From contig OZ038378.1 in NCBI GenBank assembly GCA_964036045.1, positions 5,704,001 to 5,768,000 on the forward strand: DNA of 64,000 nucleotides, given 5' to 3'. The notes below the pieces were generated by a model. It was not told the origin of the DNA. It did not search any database and saw only the letters and a list, made by a program, of their open reading frames with translations. The stretch is from Eutreptiella sp. 'Long Island Sound 2002' (lineage: Eukaryota; Protista; Euglenida). This document shows, in pieces, positions 24,501-38,177 of the stretch; positions within the stretch are counted from its first letter, which is position 1, and each line of letters opens with the position of its first letter. A program made the translations under genes and the position numbers.

Positions 24501-25449
24501 ACTTGACCACTGTGGGTATCCTTTTAGCGGCCTGCCCGTGGAACCTCCAGGTGTGCGCGCGGCCCTCCACTTTCATCATAGCCCCGTGCACTCCAGTGCT
24601 GTTGTAGGCATCCCCTGGATGCAAGACAGCCAACTGCCGAACCCTGTCCCCCCCCCCTTTTTCCCTTACCAAGAGGGGTGGCGAGCGGTGTCACCCTCGG
24701 GGTCCCGCCTCTTCAGAGGTGACCAAGGCGCAGCAGGCTCACTGGGGGCTCCGCTCTTTTCAGTGCTCCTGGGGCAGGGAAGTGTTCAGCACGCCCCAGG
24801 ACCTGCTTTCTACGAGGACGCTCCCAGCCAGTCTGCAACTGTGTGCACCGCTATCTATGACCCTCTAGGTCAGTCAAGGAGCACCTCAGACCACACGCTC
24901 CGTGCACCCCCTTGGGGTTCAGTCGTGGGCTGGAGGAAGCTGCCGGTTACCCGACCCACAAACTCCTTCAGCAGCCACGTGGTAGGGCACCCATGCCTCA
25001 CTGCTGGGGCCCGGAGCACCAGGCACACACAACCCCCCACACGCGCCAACCACGGCCCGCTGGAGAATGACACCGGTGTGCCCCTGCCTTGAATCCCCCC
25101 CCCAAAAGACCCCAGCGCGCGCAGACACACATGCACAGCGGCATCTTCTTCCCACCGGCGCCTTGGTGGGGTTCGGGCATCGTCAGCAGTTTGGGGGGTA
25201 TGAGACCACACACCCGGGGTACGGCCCAGCCGAGCTGGTGAGAGAAGGCCACGCTGGCCATGGGAGCCCGCCTCCGGTGCAAGCGACGACCTAAGCCAAC
25301 CCAACCCCCTCCCCCCCCCGGGCTGGGTCGCACATTTTGGAATGTAAAGAAGGTCCGTAGGAGCGCCCCCTGCCATTGTACGAACCTTACTGCCTGGTCC
25401 CGATTTCTCCGGCTTTTTGCCTGTGACCCCCATTGACTTTGATGTCACC

Positions 25450-27000
25450 AATGCCTTCATGTTTTATAAAATTCTGCAAATATGCCCTTTTGCAACCTTT
25501 GGGCAATAAAAAACAAATAGTTGATCAATAAATTCAAATGAACTAGGGTGTACCATCAACGTATGGACATGGTCATGGAGAAGGGAACAAATAACGACAA
25601 AATGGAGAGGAAAAAGAAACAGAAGCTCTAAATTCGAGTATGCGAGTATCAAAGAAGATGTTGCATCCCTACCCCAAGAATCCATGTATATACCATTCAT
25701 ATTCGAACTATGCATTCTTTTGTGGACATATGACACCATGCATGCACAACCCATTCAACACTTTGAGGAAATGACATTCACTTATGGGAAATTTTGCACC
25801 CCACAATTACATCAATGAGGTTTATATAGTGCATGGCAAAGTACATGGAAAATCATATACAACACAATGGCGTCGTTAGATTGTTCATAAAGCGTGGCCA
25901 TACATGGCCCATCCTCACCCTTGCTCGGAAGATGGCCAAAATAGAGTTGAGAAACATGAGTTCCGAACATGATAAGTGTTCCCAACGTGGATCAAGCATG
26001 ACACCATGGTCGCAATCAGCACAAAGTAATGCATGGCAACATACATAATATGTCCACCATCATGAGTTACCAATGAATATATACGAAGAGCTTGGCAAAC
26101 AATAGATGACATCTGGGTTATGTAAACCACCCTTCGCTGTACTATATCTAGTTGTTGAAAATGAAGTCCAGAACCGAATATAATTGCATGATTTCAGAAT
26201 TAATATCCGGTACACCGACAAAACCCACGTGGACAAGAAGAAAGCCAAGTATGTGAAATTTTAGACTGCAATTAGTTTTTAGATGTTGCACGGACAATGA
26301 ACACAAACAAGACCTACTGGGGCACTTTTCAATATTAGGAAAGCAAACTATTGTTGTGTCTTTCAAGCATTGGGTCACGGGCAGACATAGGCACAGGGGG
26401 TGCCTTAGGAGGGCCAACGCAGGCGGTTTCCGTAGCATATGTTTGGTATTGCGATTATTTCTCAAACGGCAGTCACACTGGGACACGTCGATCGCGCCTA
26501 GTTTCTGTCTGTCCTCAGCATTCCAGCGCTCTTTCAAAGAATAGTAGCCATGGTTTGTTGCGCAAAACCTCTGCACATGTTTGGTTGTGGTATTGACCGC
26601 TCGGAAAAGCAGGTCTCCGGAAGGTCTTTTGATAAATATGAATTTCAATAACAAGATACAACAGTCTTTTTTTCAATTTCTTATTTCGTACAGATAAAAA
26701 GTACCCATTTTGGCTACCGCATGTACGCACATGCACCATGCGCAACATGACTGTTGCGTGATATGTTATATTCACAAGCACTTTTTATGTCGTGTGCACC
26801 GTTACACTTCCGCTATGTGTCTAATTCGTTTGGATTTCTATCGTGTACTTTTGATGACTTCTTTGTTAATCCGAGGCCTAGCAATACAACCCTAGGTAGA
26901 TTGAATCATACTTTGAATGGACCGGGACATCATCTTTGCATTTTGGTATTTATGTGTTTTGGATTGCGAGGCCTACGTGTATGGAGGATCAAGAGTCCCT
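25450..27000 (-). mobile_element. Heavily decayed LINE-like reverse-transcriptase remnant
   Basis: AT-richer block. Motif-like pieces appear in RT order on the minus strand: HDIKSACE (DxxxAFD-like, ~26770), CRGFAQ (GxxQG-like, ~26570), NFTYLAF (FxYLG-like, ~26255), AKGGLHNPD (GGLxxPD, ~26125). Many stops. Confidence 0.4.
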
Positions 27001-28444
27001 TGAAGCCGGAGGAGCCCGAATGAAAGAGGAGTTGAATTGGAAGTGATTGAGGTAGGCGCACCTAAGGAAGGTAGGTAAATCGGTTGTTGCTCTGCAACAT
27101 GGCTCCCATTGGAGTGCCTCACAATGATGCATTCATGTGTGTCTACATGTGTGATGATAAGTATGAGTAGATGTGAATATTTGTTTTGGAATGTAATGAC
27201 ATGAGTGTGAGTGCATTTAGGTTAAAAGTTTGCATGCATAAATCATTCCAATTAATTCCAATTTCAACCGCGACAGGTTAATTAGGAGTGATCAGGTCAA
27301 GTGGCATAACACTTGGGTTGAGACAAGCTTGATGCATGGTATGTGAAGGAGGTCAAGGTGTGCATGCATGTATGCATGCATGTATGTGATAACGAACTTG
27401 TTTTCTTTTTCATTCAATTGGTCAAAGGGTGGGAAGGATATCAAGAATTTCTATACTCGGGTGCGGATCTCTCTTTTTCTATCTCGCAATCTCTAAGGGA
27501 TCCCCCGCTCTCTAGGCAAAAGGGCCTGTCCCTCGCTCTCTACTTCTTGGAGTTAGGTGGGGGCTGATTGGGGCAATTGAAGTTGGAGACATTTTTGGGG
27601 GTCCCCATGCTTAGGTGTCTATATCCCAGCTAGAAGATGTTTCATTTGGATTGAAAAACATCAACCAGTCACCTATAATTAGAAAATGTAAGCTGTCAGA
27701 CTCAGGACAAAAGCCCTCATTCCAATCAACATTCAAACAGCAGAACACGACAACCATGTATGCAGTGCAGTGAACAAAAGAGTCAGTGTTGAGCAACTGG
27801 AGCACGAGCTTTGGATCATGCTGATTTTATCAAACCTGCTTGAGCGCACCCAATCAAGGAATCATCAAGAAAATTGACAAATAATTGCCCCAACATCCCT
27901 TGAACAGTCCCCGCAGAATGCGCAGCGGTGCCGCTTCCCCCGCTCCAGGGTCACCAAATGATGGTGTCCCCTCTCTGTGCAGAACTATGCAATGACCTAA
28001 ACCTGACCTTTCCGCTACTCTGCATTGTAATTGGAGGAATTGTTGTCCTTCGGCGCTTTGGACTTGTGAGGCAAGTGATGGTGCCCCTCGCTGGGGGGCT
28101 GCGCAAGGGGCATAGAAGGGTAGCAGACCAAATGAGTGCTCCTCAGTCAAACACTGGGCACGTATGGCATTGCTGAAGCAGATCCAGAAATAAATTTACT
28201 CATCTTTCGCAAACCAGCAGATGGGTGTAAGCATGGGGGACTGTTTGCCCTATGCGTGCACTGCGCGCTACTTTTATGATGACCTTTCCAGATTGAGCCC
28301 CCGAGTAGACCCATAGTTGCCTCTTGCCTACCAAATGAAGCAACAAACTATCTGTGCAACATTGAACAAGAAAAGCATATCTGAATCACCTTCACAACTT
28401 TGTTTCACCAAATTTGTTCACTCAAATTGAACAAGCAAGACTGT

Positions 28445-28690
28445 TCAATAAAAAGTCCTCTCCCCATAGGTGCGCAGGTCAATACATTCCGCGCAATGTT
28501 TCAAATGACATTCTCCACATTCTGTTGTAGTGTGCTTTTGACAACACAATGCACATATATCAACTTCCTCCCCAACATCATCTTGTGTGTCATCCTCAAT
28601 AGTTGCTTTGGTGCTCTTCCAAACATGAAGGGGAACATGTTCCCACGGTCCATACGGAGGGGACAAAATCGGAAGTCAAAACCTACGCCG
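28445..28690 (-). mobile_element. Transposase C-terminal remnant with Cys finger
   Basis: PPYGPWEHVPLHVW...EDDTQDDVGEEVDICALCCQKHTTTECGECHLKHCAECIDLRTYG. Confidence 0.65.
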
Positions 28691-28927
28691 GGGGGGATTC
28701 CTTGCAATGCACGCGCATGTCACGCGCACTGCGCGCTACTTTTGGACCACGTCCTCTCTAAAGAACCCCCAAGCACACCCCTTCCAAATGCTCCCAAATT
28801 TAGGTCACCCAAACTAACCTAGCCAAAGACGAATGCAAGTCACCTTCCCCTCACATAACACATCATACAAAATGTGGAAAGCCACACACATATCCTCTTT
28901 TCTGTTCAATTGTCAAGTACAAAATCA

Positions 28928-29130
28928 GCGCCCCCTAGGGGCAACAATTATGCCCCTAGTATCATAAAGTATGGGTCCGTAGTACGGCTAGATGCCCAAA
29001 TAGTTCTAGTGCGCTTAAGGCGCCCCCTAGGGGCAACAATGATGTCGATGGTATCTCAAAGTATCGGTCTCTAGTACGGGCAAACACCCAAATAGTTGCA
29101 CTGCGCTAAATGCACCCTCTTAGTGCACCC
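28928..29130. repeat. 92-bp tandem duplication containing the palindrome CCCCTAGGGG
   Basis: gcgccccctaggggcaacaat at 28928 and 29020; downstream agtacgg...cccaaatagtt is also repeated. Confidence 0.8.
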
Positions 29131-29637
29131 CCTAAAAGGTCACCAGTGGGGCACGGGTCCAAAAAGTGGCCCTGCGCGATAATGCTCCCCCTATGGGGGC
29201 AACAGCCAAACACATTATCATTATACTAAGAGGGGGTGGTACCCACCCCCCATTGAAATCATCCCCCTTTTGTTAGGCCGCCCCCCCCCCCCCGCCCCGC
29301 CCCCCCCCCCGGCCCGGCGGGGGGTGGTTGGGGGTTGCACCACAAATCTGTACCATAGTGTAAATCAGCTTTGGCGCCTTCAGCACCTCGTAAAATATTT
29401 TCTTTGGCGCCCCGTATTTCGTATGCTTTCTAGGCCAAGGTGACGGTTCCCCCCTTGGGGGGGAATTTCAGGGTGGGGGGGGGGGAGGGGGGTAGACAAC
29501 TGTGCACACGCCCGGGTGTTTTCTCTCAAACACAAAGGGGGAATGTTTGCCCGGCGCGCTACTTTTAGACTATGTTCCCCCCGAAAGAGCCCCCAAGCAC
29601 ACCCCTTGGAAACACCCTTAGAATTAGGTGACCCAAC

Positions 29638-30345
29638 CTACCCCAACTCAAGAAAGTTGCAAACTGGGGTACACATTACCACTCTCGCTCCTTTAAGGGC
29701 GATCTGGGTCAACACCTTAGCAAATTGGGAGAATGGGGGGTTAGGATAGCACAACCGCATCGATCTCCAGTAGAAGCGACAGGCATTATTGAGGTATCGC
29801 AAACAGTAGAGCTGCATCATAACGTTGGTCCCACAAGTATGGGTGTCAATACATTCGGTACAATAGTGCTCTTTACACTCATCACAAACTGCGACGGTGG
29901 AGCGTTCTGGCAACACAGCCCACACACATCTTGCGTGCCACAACCGAGTAAACAGCTGCTCAATGCGTGCCCTATACCACCCGTGCACGTCTTTGCAACA
30001 TTGTTGGCGGGCTGTCAAAGCACCATTCTTTCTTCCAATGAATGGCACAATGACATGAATCCGGCCCTTGTAAACACCATCATGGCCCCCAACTTCGAAA
30101 TCAAAGGAATCACCTCGGGCACGAGAAGGTCCATACCCATCCCAAATCAAAACATCTGCTGATGTCCCGGGGGCCAAGGGGCAAATCCATAATATGTTGC
30201 CCAACACATCAACGGCAACGGTCCACCGGTAGGGCACGGGTCACAAAAAATGCCTCGCGCGCTAACGTTCCCCCAAAACCTTAATATAAATGTGCTGGCT
30301 GCAACAAGCAGCACAGTTGACCACCCCACTAGGGTCAAAGCAAAG
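29638..30345 (-). mobile_element. Decayed PIF/Harbinger-like (DDE_Tnp_4-type) transposase fragment joined to a Cys finger and an NPPF adenine-MTase-like segment
   Basis: VDVLGNILWICP..GTSADVLIW, GGHDGVYKG, VPF..RK..LT..Q...VHGWYRARIEQLF (30237-29935); CDECKEHYCTEC (29934-29830); LYC..YLNNA..F.W..M.LCYPNPPFSQFAKVLTQIALKGARVVMCTP (29829-29665). Confidence 0.7.
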
Positions 30346-30979
30346 ATTTGATCTTTCTTTTTTGGTCCACACCTAGGTGAGCTGGTGTACCCTATTCATG
30401 GTATGGTACTCCAGACAACGTCTCGGAATCAAGGTTTAGAGCTGTCCGGTGCTAGCCCCCTTGCGCAAGCACAACGAAAGTCAGGAAAGTGACGGTCAGA
30501 CCGGGTCCTGCTGTTTAGACCAGGCGGTGACGACGGCGCACGACGCGCGGTACCAAAAGATCCAAACCAAAACAACCAAAGAACGCATGGCCCGAAAACC
30601 AGCCCATACCTCACCCTAAGCACAATAGTCACAACAGGGCACTAAAACAGAACATGCAGGCAAATTTCAACAAGTTCTGGAGGTCCTCACTGCCCATCAG
30701 GGGCATCAGGAGCTGTGGAATAGGAGCCCTTTCCAACCTTGCGCCTCATCTTGAACAATTGCAAATGCTTGCCCTTTGGGGCAGGCATTGGGGCAGGCTT
30801 GGCAGCAGGCTTTGGAATGGGGTTTTTTTGGAAAATCACACTGAAACAAAGAGCAGTGGGGTGCAGTACCAAGCAGAATGTTGCTATGAGCAGGAGGACT
30901 CATCACAAGCATGACACAGCCCCTCTTTTCCTCTACAATCGGCACACAATCAAGCATGGCCTGGTTTTTGACCGTATTA

Positions 30980-31568
30980 CCCCCCCCCCCCCCGTGTCCA
31001 GGAACCAGCAATGTTTGACCACGGAACCAGGGGTCGGTTCTTGCGCACACTTTTCCCCCTAAATTTGACCGCGGAACCAGGGGTTGGTTCTTGCGCACAG
31101 CCGTGGGCAACCGCGTACCGCGGAAAAAAAGTTTTCCGGCGCGTTGCGCCGGGACATGCGTGCCCTCTGCTTTCCCACAGTTAACCACGTTGACAGATGA
31201 ACACCAAAGGTCCGTGCTTGTCAGCGTACGCCAGACAATGCAATTTGCGACGTACATCGTATTGCTGTTTAACTGACCTTTGTTTGTTTCTTGTCAGGGG
31301 CTGGTTACTTCGGGGAAGGGGTCGAGAGCAGGGGGGAGGGGTTTAAGGGGTATGTGCGCCTGTGACTGATATGGTCCCCCCTGATGGGGGGACCCGTAGT
31401 GACACACATGAAATGATGTCTTGCACACCTGAATAGCTGTCCTACATCCACCAGAAACATGAAAAACCCACTACCCTGGTAAAAAAAGTGATGCGAGAAT
31501 TTGACCGCGGAACCAGGGGTTGGTTCTTGCGCAAGGTGGTTCTTGGACACGGGGGGGGGGGGGGGGGG
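30980..31568. mobile_element. MITE family A, copy 1 (C-run/G-run termini)
   Basis: Left CnGTGTCCAGGAACCA; right TGGTTCTTGGACACGn; internal ~50-bp tttgaccgcggaaccaggggttggttcttgcgca repeats; second copy at 41690-42289. Confidence 0.85.
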
Positions 31569-31822
31569 ACTGTGGTGAGGAAATTCAGTAAAAGTGACGG
31601 TCAGACCGGGTCCCGGTGCTTAGCCATAATCTGACGATGGCCAGCACCCCCGGTATCCCGGCAGGAAATCACTGTTCATTGGTTCCAGAAACGTGGCATA
31701 GCCGCACCCAGGTTCCGGTGCTTAGACAAGGCGGTGTTCGCGCGAAAGAAAAGGGGGGGGGGGGGCTTTTTTTGCTTGACTTTCAAAGTGTGCAACTTCA
31801 ACCAACTTGTTCCGAGTGCCAT

Positions 31823-32392
31823 GAAATTCTATTGCCTCCGGCAGTGCACCTCGAAGAGAGGCTGACAGTCAGCCAATCAGTCAGTCAGGCAAGCAGTCAG
31901 GTAGACAGTCAGTCAGACAGTCAATCGGGCAAGCAGGAGTCAGTCGGGCAAGCAGGCAGGCAGACAGAAACACACAGTTTGGCTTTTTCAGTGGCAGACT
32001 TGGCTACAAGCAGCGGGGACCACAGCTACTGTCAGAACAAGCAACGGTCGAATGGTAATGCAGCTGACTGCAACTGTGCAGGTCGGCGGTTCAAATCCCA
32101 GTCGGACGACCGGTCAGCTCTGCCCAATCTGACCCTCCTTCAAACCCTTCTGAGCACAAACTTTTGACCCCCCCACCCCCCCCAAAAAAGTGATATCCAG
32201 TTTCAGCAGATAGAGGCCTCAAAATCAAAAAATCCATTGGGGGATTGTTTCATTGTGCAAAATAATGATTTTACAAGGGGTTGGACATCCAATATCATGC
32301 CTTGGGGTATGCTACGCGAATGACTCCCAAAAAGGGGGATATACGACGCCCGCGCCTGCGCTTGATCTAACAACCTCTCGTCGAAGTGATTT
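31823..32392 (+). mobile_element. ~560-bp repeat family B with internal tRNA-like module (SINE-like), copy 1
   Basis: Head aaattctattgcctccggcagtgcacctcgaag, then a CAGT/CAGG-rich tract. tRNA-like ggtcgaatggtaatgcagctgactgcaactgtgcaggtcggcggttcaaatccc (32046-32099). Tail gattttacaaggggttggacatccaatatcatgccttgggg...cttgatctaacaacctctc. Confidence 0.75.
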
Positions 32393-32439
32393 CTCAAGTA
32401 AGATCCTGGTATCCAGTGTCTCTGAGATCTGACAATGTC

Positions 32440-32900
32440 AAACCCCACAGGGTACCCTCCCCCCCCTGAAATATCCCCCCATAGCGCGCGACGGTCTCCC
32501 CCTCGGGGGGGGGGGGGGGGGGTTGCAAGGTTATTTCAAGGCAAATTGTGGTACCCTCCACTGATGCAAGCAAACAGCCAGTGTTTGGGGTTGCGAAGCC
32601 ATGGGGGTAATGTCGGGCAACACTGGAGACTTGGGTGATGCAACCACCACAGCCTCGAGCCTTGAGAGTTGAGCACTCTCATGATCCACTTGAGTGACCC
32701 CACCAGGGCGTATGTACCGAATGTGGCAGAACTGCGGCCCATTTGGTAAAAGCCCCAAAACCGTGGCCAACACATGTGCATCAAGTGTGCGTGAGTAGTA
32801 CCATACAAGGTCACCGGGAGAAAACATCTTGCGTCTGAAAAAAGGGACATGACACCCTGTATACCGCCTTTGGAGAGAGAATATCACAGAATAACACAAG
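32440..32900 (-). mobile_element. Element family E, copy 1, carrying a Tudor/SH3-barrel-like ORF (32827-32531)
   Basis: ttttttcag|acgcaagATG then MFSPGDLVWYYSRTLDAHVLATVLG..PNGPQFCHIRYIRPGGVTQVDHESAQLSRL. Both flanks are shared with 57330-57830 (CLHQWRVPQFALK end; gtgttctgtgatattctc head). Confidence 0.6.
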
Positions 32901-34717
32901 TGACTGATTCAAAGCAATGGGAAAGCAATGCAAGGAAGTGTGTGTGGCAGATAGGGAACACAAAGCACAGCAATAGATATTGCCTCGCAAAAAAGTGAAG
33001 TGTTATTGAATGACGCCACTGTCTGTCTGCACAGTCTGATATAATACTGATGTCAGTGTTGACTTGATTCTCCAAGGCTCCAAATTATGGGCACACTGGA
33101 TTGACTTCCAATGCTCAACATTCGCAAGCACTGGTACAGGAACAGAATTATGCTTGATGCAACTTGCTTGCCGCAAAAGGAGACATAGACATGGGAGTAC
33201 CACATTGTACACTGTGTCTGCGCAGGAGGAGGAAGACACCGCATATCAGTCATATGGTTCAACAGCTCAGGCCAAGGCTATCCTGTGCATACTTTACAAC
33301 TGGAGACTGCTGTCGCCGAGGCATAAGGTGCAGTATGATGGGGGTAGGATCCACAAAAAAAGATTTCAGCTAGTGGAAGCTGCCAGATAGGTTGCAGGGA
33401 GAACCCCATCTCGCCCCAGTTGTCCGACGGCCCCGCCCCTACCCCTCCGCACATGACAGCGCCCCGCACCCTGGTTGCCAATTGACCATCCCCAAGGGAG
33501 GGAGGGAGGGAGGGAGGGAGAGGGGGGGGGAGGGGTGTTCATTGATTGTTCGCACCATGCAGCCCCTTCCTCCCTCATGAGGGTGGTTTGGACAAGCCCG
33601 TGTTACCACGCGGCACGTACCACGGAACACATGCTGCACACGAGCCAACCCTACCCCTTCATGACTACAAAAGGGTGTCCAGCAGGCCAGCATACACCCC
33701 AGAACACAAGAGCACGTGGAATTACACCCCTCCGCCCTCCCCCTTGCACAAGCACGCTGAAAATCAGGAAAACAACAGTCAGACGGGTCCCTGTGCTTGA
33801 CCATAATCCGACCATGGCCGTCACCCCCGCTATCCCACCGGCAGGTGCAATCAGTTCCAGAGTGACACATACGCGGCGGAGCCGCAACAGCGATTGGTCC
33901 AAACACGGCGGAGCCGCGACCACCAGTCCAGCAAAGGCGGCGCAGCCGACGTCACGTGTGCGTGTACATCCTGTGCATCTGCCCTCCTGCCCTGTGGATT
34001 CGGGTCCCCGTGCTTAGACAAGGCAGCGCTTGCAGGGGGAGGGGGGGTTACACCAACACTTTGAAGCTATTGACCCTTCCTGCAGCCTGCACAAAGCTAC
34101 CCCCCCTCCCTTGCAATCCCCCCCCCCCTTTTGTCAGGCCGGTTCCTCCCCTGGGGCGGGGGGGGGGGGGGGGGACCACCAAACTGTACCTTAGTATCAC
34201 AGTGTAAATCAGCTTCGGCGCCTTGTAAAAATTTTCTTTGGCGCCTAGTATTTTCTGTGCTTTTTGGGCCAAGTGACGGTCCCCTGCAGGGGGGGGGGGG
34301 GGGGAATACCAGCAACACCACAAACAATGTTCAGATTATGGTGAACACACTTGCTTTTGGCGAAGGTGCGTGGGGGGGGGGGGGGGGTCGAAACTGCAAC
34401 TGTTGGACAAACTGTAGGGCATAGCTAGATTTGGTGTTCATTGTGAAGAGCAGGATGAGGGTCAAAATGCACACCATCCAACAATGTTGAAAGATGCGAG
34501 AACGAGAGGGGAGGAATTGCTCGCCATAGGCTCTGTCATCCTGAGAGTTCGCTTTGATGCTGCTCTGTGACCCTAATCCCCTTTACCCTCAGAACCGACC
34601 CTACTCTGCCTTAATGGTTCGACTCCCCAACACAGGATGGAATTTGCCCATTTGGTGCATTGGCTAGGCAAGGGCATCAGATACTTGCTGATCAAACTCT
34701 ATTGTGCCACTGAAGGA

Positions 34718-34910
34718 CCATACCATACCATACCATACCATACCATACCATACCATACCATACCATACCATACCATACCATACCATACCATACCATACCA
34801 TACCATACCATACCATACCACACCACACCACACCACACCACACCACACCATGCCATTGCATGTCATACCATACCATGCCATGCCATGCCATGCCATGCCA
34901 TACCATACCG
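34718..34910. repeat. Pentamer satellite (CCATA)n grading into (CCACA)n and (CCATG)n
   Basis: Directly visible; explains the WYGMV/HTIPY ORFs. Confidence 0.98.
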
Positions 34911-36947
34911 TGACCTCACACAATGCACCTTGCTCCTACCATCCCAGTATCAAGTCCAGTGTTTGTCAGTGCATTCAATTCCCATCCTGCATCTGAGGCT
35001 GTGGAGGGAAGTCACATTGGGACACCCAGGCCACCAGCAATCTGGGGGATGCTTGGAGTTGGGCTGCCCTCACTCTCCCATGCTAGAACAGCAGGTGGCA
35101 CCCACCACAGGCATGGCCCAGTCAGTGTGAAGCATCCAGAGCCCAAGCTTGATGCCCCACCCGGGCTTGAGCATTGGACGCAACACACCTCTGCCCCTGT
35201 TTTGGAACACTAACACATACTCAACAGCAGGTTTGATAGCCGTTGTTGAAGGGGAAATTGTTGCCGTGTGCTAACTATCAGGGTCCAAACAACAGTGAGC
35301 CCTTCCCAAGAAGCACCGTCCAAAAAAGCTGATGCAACAGCACAATGCCGTAGCACTGGTCTTCAGGGCAGCAGTAATCAAAAACTCTCTGGTTCGCATC
35401 CACATTTTACATGTAGCAACTGATGCTTGACAGTGGCAAGAAAGCTGACAGACAGGTGTATCATCAGTCTACTGTCCACAAACTGCCAGGAGCATCGCCC
35501 CATGGACCATATGATTGATAACATAGTTGTCTGAGTTTCATACACTGCCGTTCCCCTCTGTTCTACACTACCACATGTGTAAACAGCATGCCAGCAGCAG
35601 ATGGGCACAGGAAGCCATTGGTTATGGCTCCTCTAGACCCTATGGTACCCAGATGTACCCACAGTCTGCACCGTGCATACACTGAGCTAAAGAGTATCCC
35701 CTACCCTAAGGGCTCATCTGGATAAGGATGAAAACTCAGCCCGTCAGAACCTCAGAGTTGACCTAACAGACCAAATGCAAATGGTTGAGAGAAGAAAAGG
35801 CTGGTCAACAGGCATCCTGTTCATCAACCAGGCAAAAGAGTGGGCTTGTGAGGCAAACAAGCTGAATGTGGTGAGGCCTTTCTACATAGCGAAAACCAAC
35901 ACCAAAAATGCACTGTAGCAAGTGAACTACAGCGTTCATTAAAGTTGACCAGGTAGTAGCCATAGACGGCAGCATCCTCTAGCCTACCAGAACTGGACTA
36001 CACAGCAAAAAACTCACCAACGATGTTAGAAATGGGATAACAGGTGACATTACCCAGGGCGAACACACCACTGATGTCATACAGCAATACAAAGCTAGTC
36101 AGCGTCAACAAAAAATGGTATCACGAACATTTGAGAATGGGATACGGAGCGGGTGAGTGCAATATTAGGAGGCAAGGAGAGAATTTGCGCTGCGTTCAGC
36201 TAACAAGCTGGGGAAGGAGAGGCATACACGAAAAGAGAGAGGGCAGGGAAGGAAGGCGACACCAATAGCAGCACATGTGATAGCTGCAAAGCGCCTTCAA
36301 GAACAACAGACATGTTCACCCTGGCTTTTTAATCAGCATTGGGGAGTTGTAGGACAGGCACTGCGAACGCATGAAATACGCATGAGATGCCTGCACGTGC
36401 GGTTGGGGAGGACTCCGCATCATTACATGTTCTCCCTGGGATAGAGGGAGGCAGGGCATGGAGGGCAGGCTGACCACAACTGTGAGGGTCTCAGCATTTG
36501 GCAATTGGGATGCGGGGAACTGGTTGAAAACCAAACCAAGATGTAGCGGCACTACCTCTTGGTTTGGTTGGCCAAAGGTGTTGGAGTTGAGACAGTACAG
36601 AAGCTTAGGCATAACTGTAGGCATGCAACCCCAGACACAATACTTACACATCCCACGAACATAGGGGCAATATCCAGTTCTTCCTGGAAGCATTTGGACC
36701 ATAAACATTTGGCATTTCAGGCTTGGAGAAGTGGGTGCACAAATCAAGACGTGGTGTGACTGTTAATGAGCATGTTGGCCAACAGTGTTGGAGTTGAGAT
36801 AGCTCAGAGGCTTAGGCATGAACTGTATATGCAACCCCGGATGACAGACGTGCATCACTCAGGAAAATCGGTACGACAGCCAGGCAGTGGGGCAACGTGG
36901 ACCTGCACCTGCCCCAGGCTTTATGAGGCCTAGGAACAAAGTACCTG

Positions 36948-36992
36948 GAAATTCTATTGCCTCCGGATGCTGGAGTCAGCCAATCAGTCAAG

Positions 36993-37049
<57 letters not shown>

Positions 37050-37390
37050 AGGACAAATGGTTCACAGACGTCCGGCTGAGCGTAGGTTCGAACCCTGTAC
37101 CGTAAAGCCGACCACGCGGCAGTTGTCCCTCAGCCGTTTGGCAGACCAGGTTTCACTGAGCACCAACTCTTGAACCCGCCCCCCAAAAAGTGGTACCCAA
37201 GTACTGGGGGGGGGGGGGGGTTCAAAATCGAAAAATTCATCAGGGGATCAATCAAGGTAATGATTTTACAAGGGACTAGACATCCAATATCATGCCTTGG
37301 GGCATGCTCCGCAAAGAGCGACCCAACAGGGGGGGTGTATGGCGTCTGCGCCTGCACTTGATCTAACAACCTCTCTTCCAGGTGATTCAA
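36948..37390 (+). mobile_element. Repeat family B copy 2 (shortened; (GCAG)n expansion 36992-37048)
   Basis: Same head (gaaattctattgcctccgg), B-box-like ggttcgaaccc at ~37087, same tail 37258-37385. Confidence 0.7.
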
Positions 37391-38177
37391 ATTCAGCATT
37401 TTGTCCGCAGAAAAGTGAATCAAGTGAGGACCCAATGATGTCTGTTGCATGCAGGTCTGGCCAACATTTGTGACAGCTGTCACTACCACTACCAGATTTG
37501 TCAAATGGTCACAATGCATTTCTTGCACCCATATCTGTCACTGTTATGGTGGCATACTAGTGCCTAGAAAAACTGGACCTAGACATGCTGTGTTTCCACT
37601 GTCCTTTCTAGTTACCTTCCAGTGGTTGGGGTGGTATGAAGATAGACCTCATTGGAATTCGCAGCCAGCGTCTTAAGTTCACTCATTTTGACAGTGTCAC
37701 TCTGTGTGGGATAAGCTTCAGCATTAGCTATGCAGCCCAGCAAATAGATGGCATGGGTGAACTGAATATCTCAATTACAGTTTTGTACTAGAATTCATCC
37801 AATGGGCGCCTTTGCACCAGCGCTGCACACATTTTACAGCAATGATACCCAGGTTTCCAGTGTTCTATTGAAATTGGAGGTCGTTCCCAATTTGGCATTG
37901 ACAGATTTACATGAGGACCAGGATCCGTAGATGACTGTGAGGGGATGGATGAGGAAGCATGACACACTGAACAATGGCAGCTATACTTGTACACTGTGTA
38001 TCAGACAAGATCACATACAAATACCCACGACTCGGCAGCCCTTGTATTCAACTGTTCTGTCAAAGAAAAAAGCAGAAGCTCTACTTACCCAACTGCGTAC
38101 TACCCACTTACACAACTCCTCGTCAGTAGGCTGTTGGTGCCGGACAGTTTAGCTGAATCGTGTCTGACACAAGGGAA

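Noticed and set aside
32040-32110. Functional tRNA-Cys/Gly genes (also 41401, 49010, 58041)
   Set aside because: Anticodon and acceptor stems do not pair, and the copies are embedded in a repeat family.
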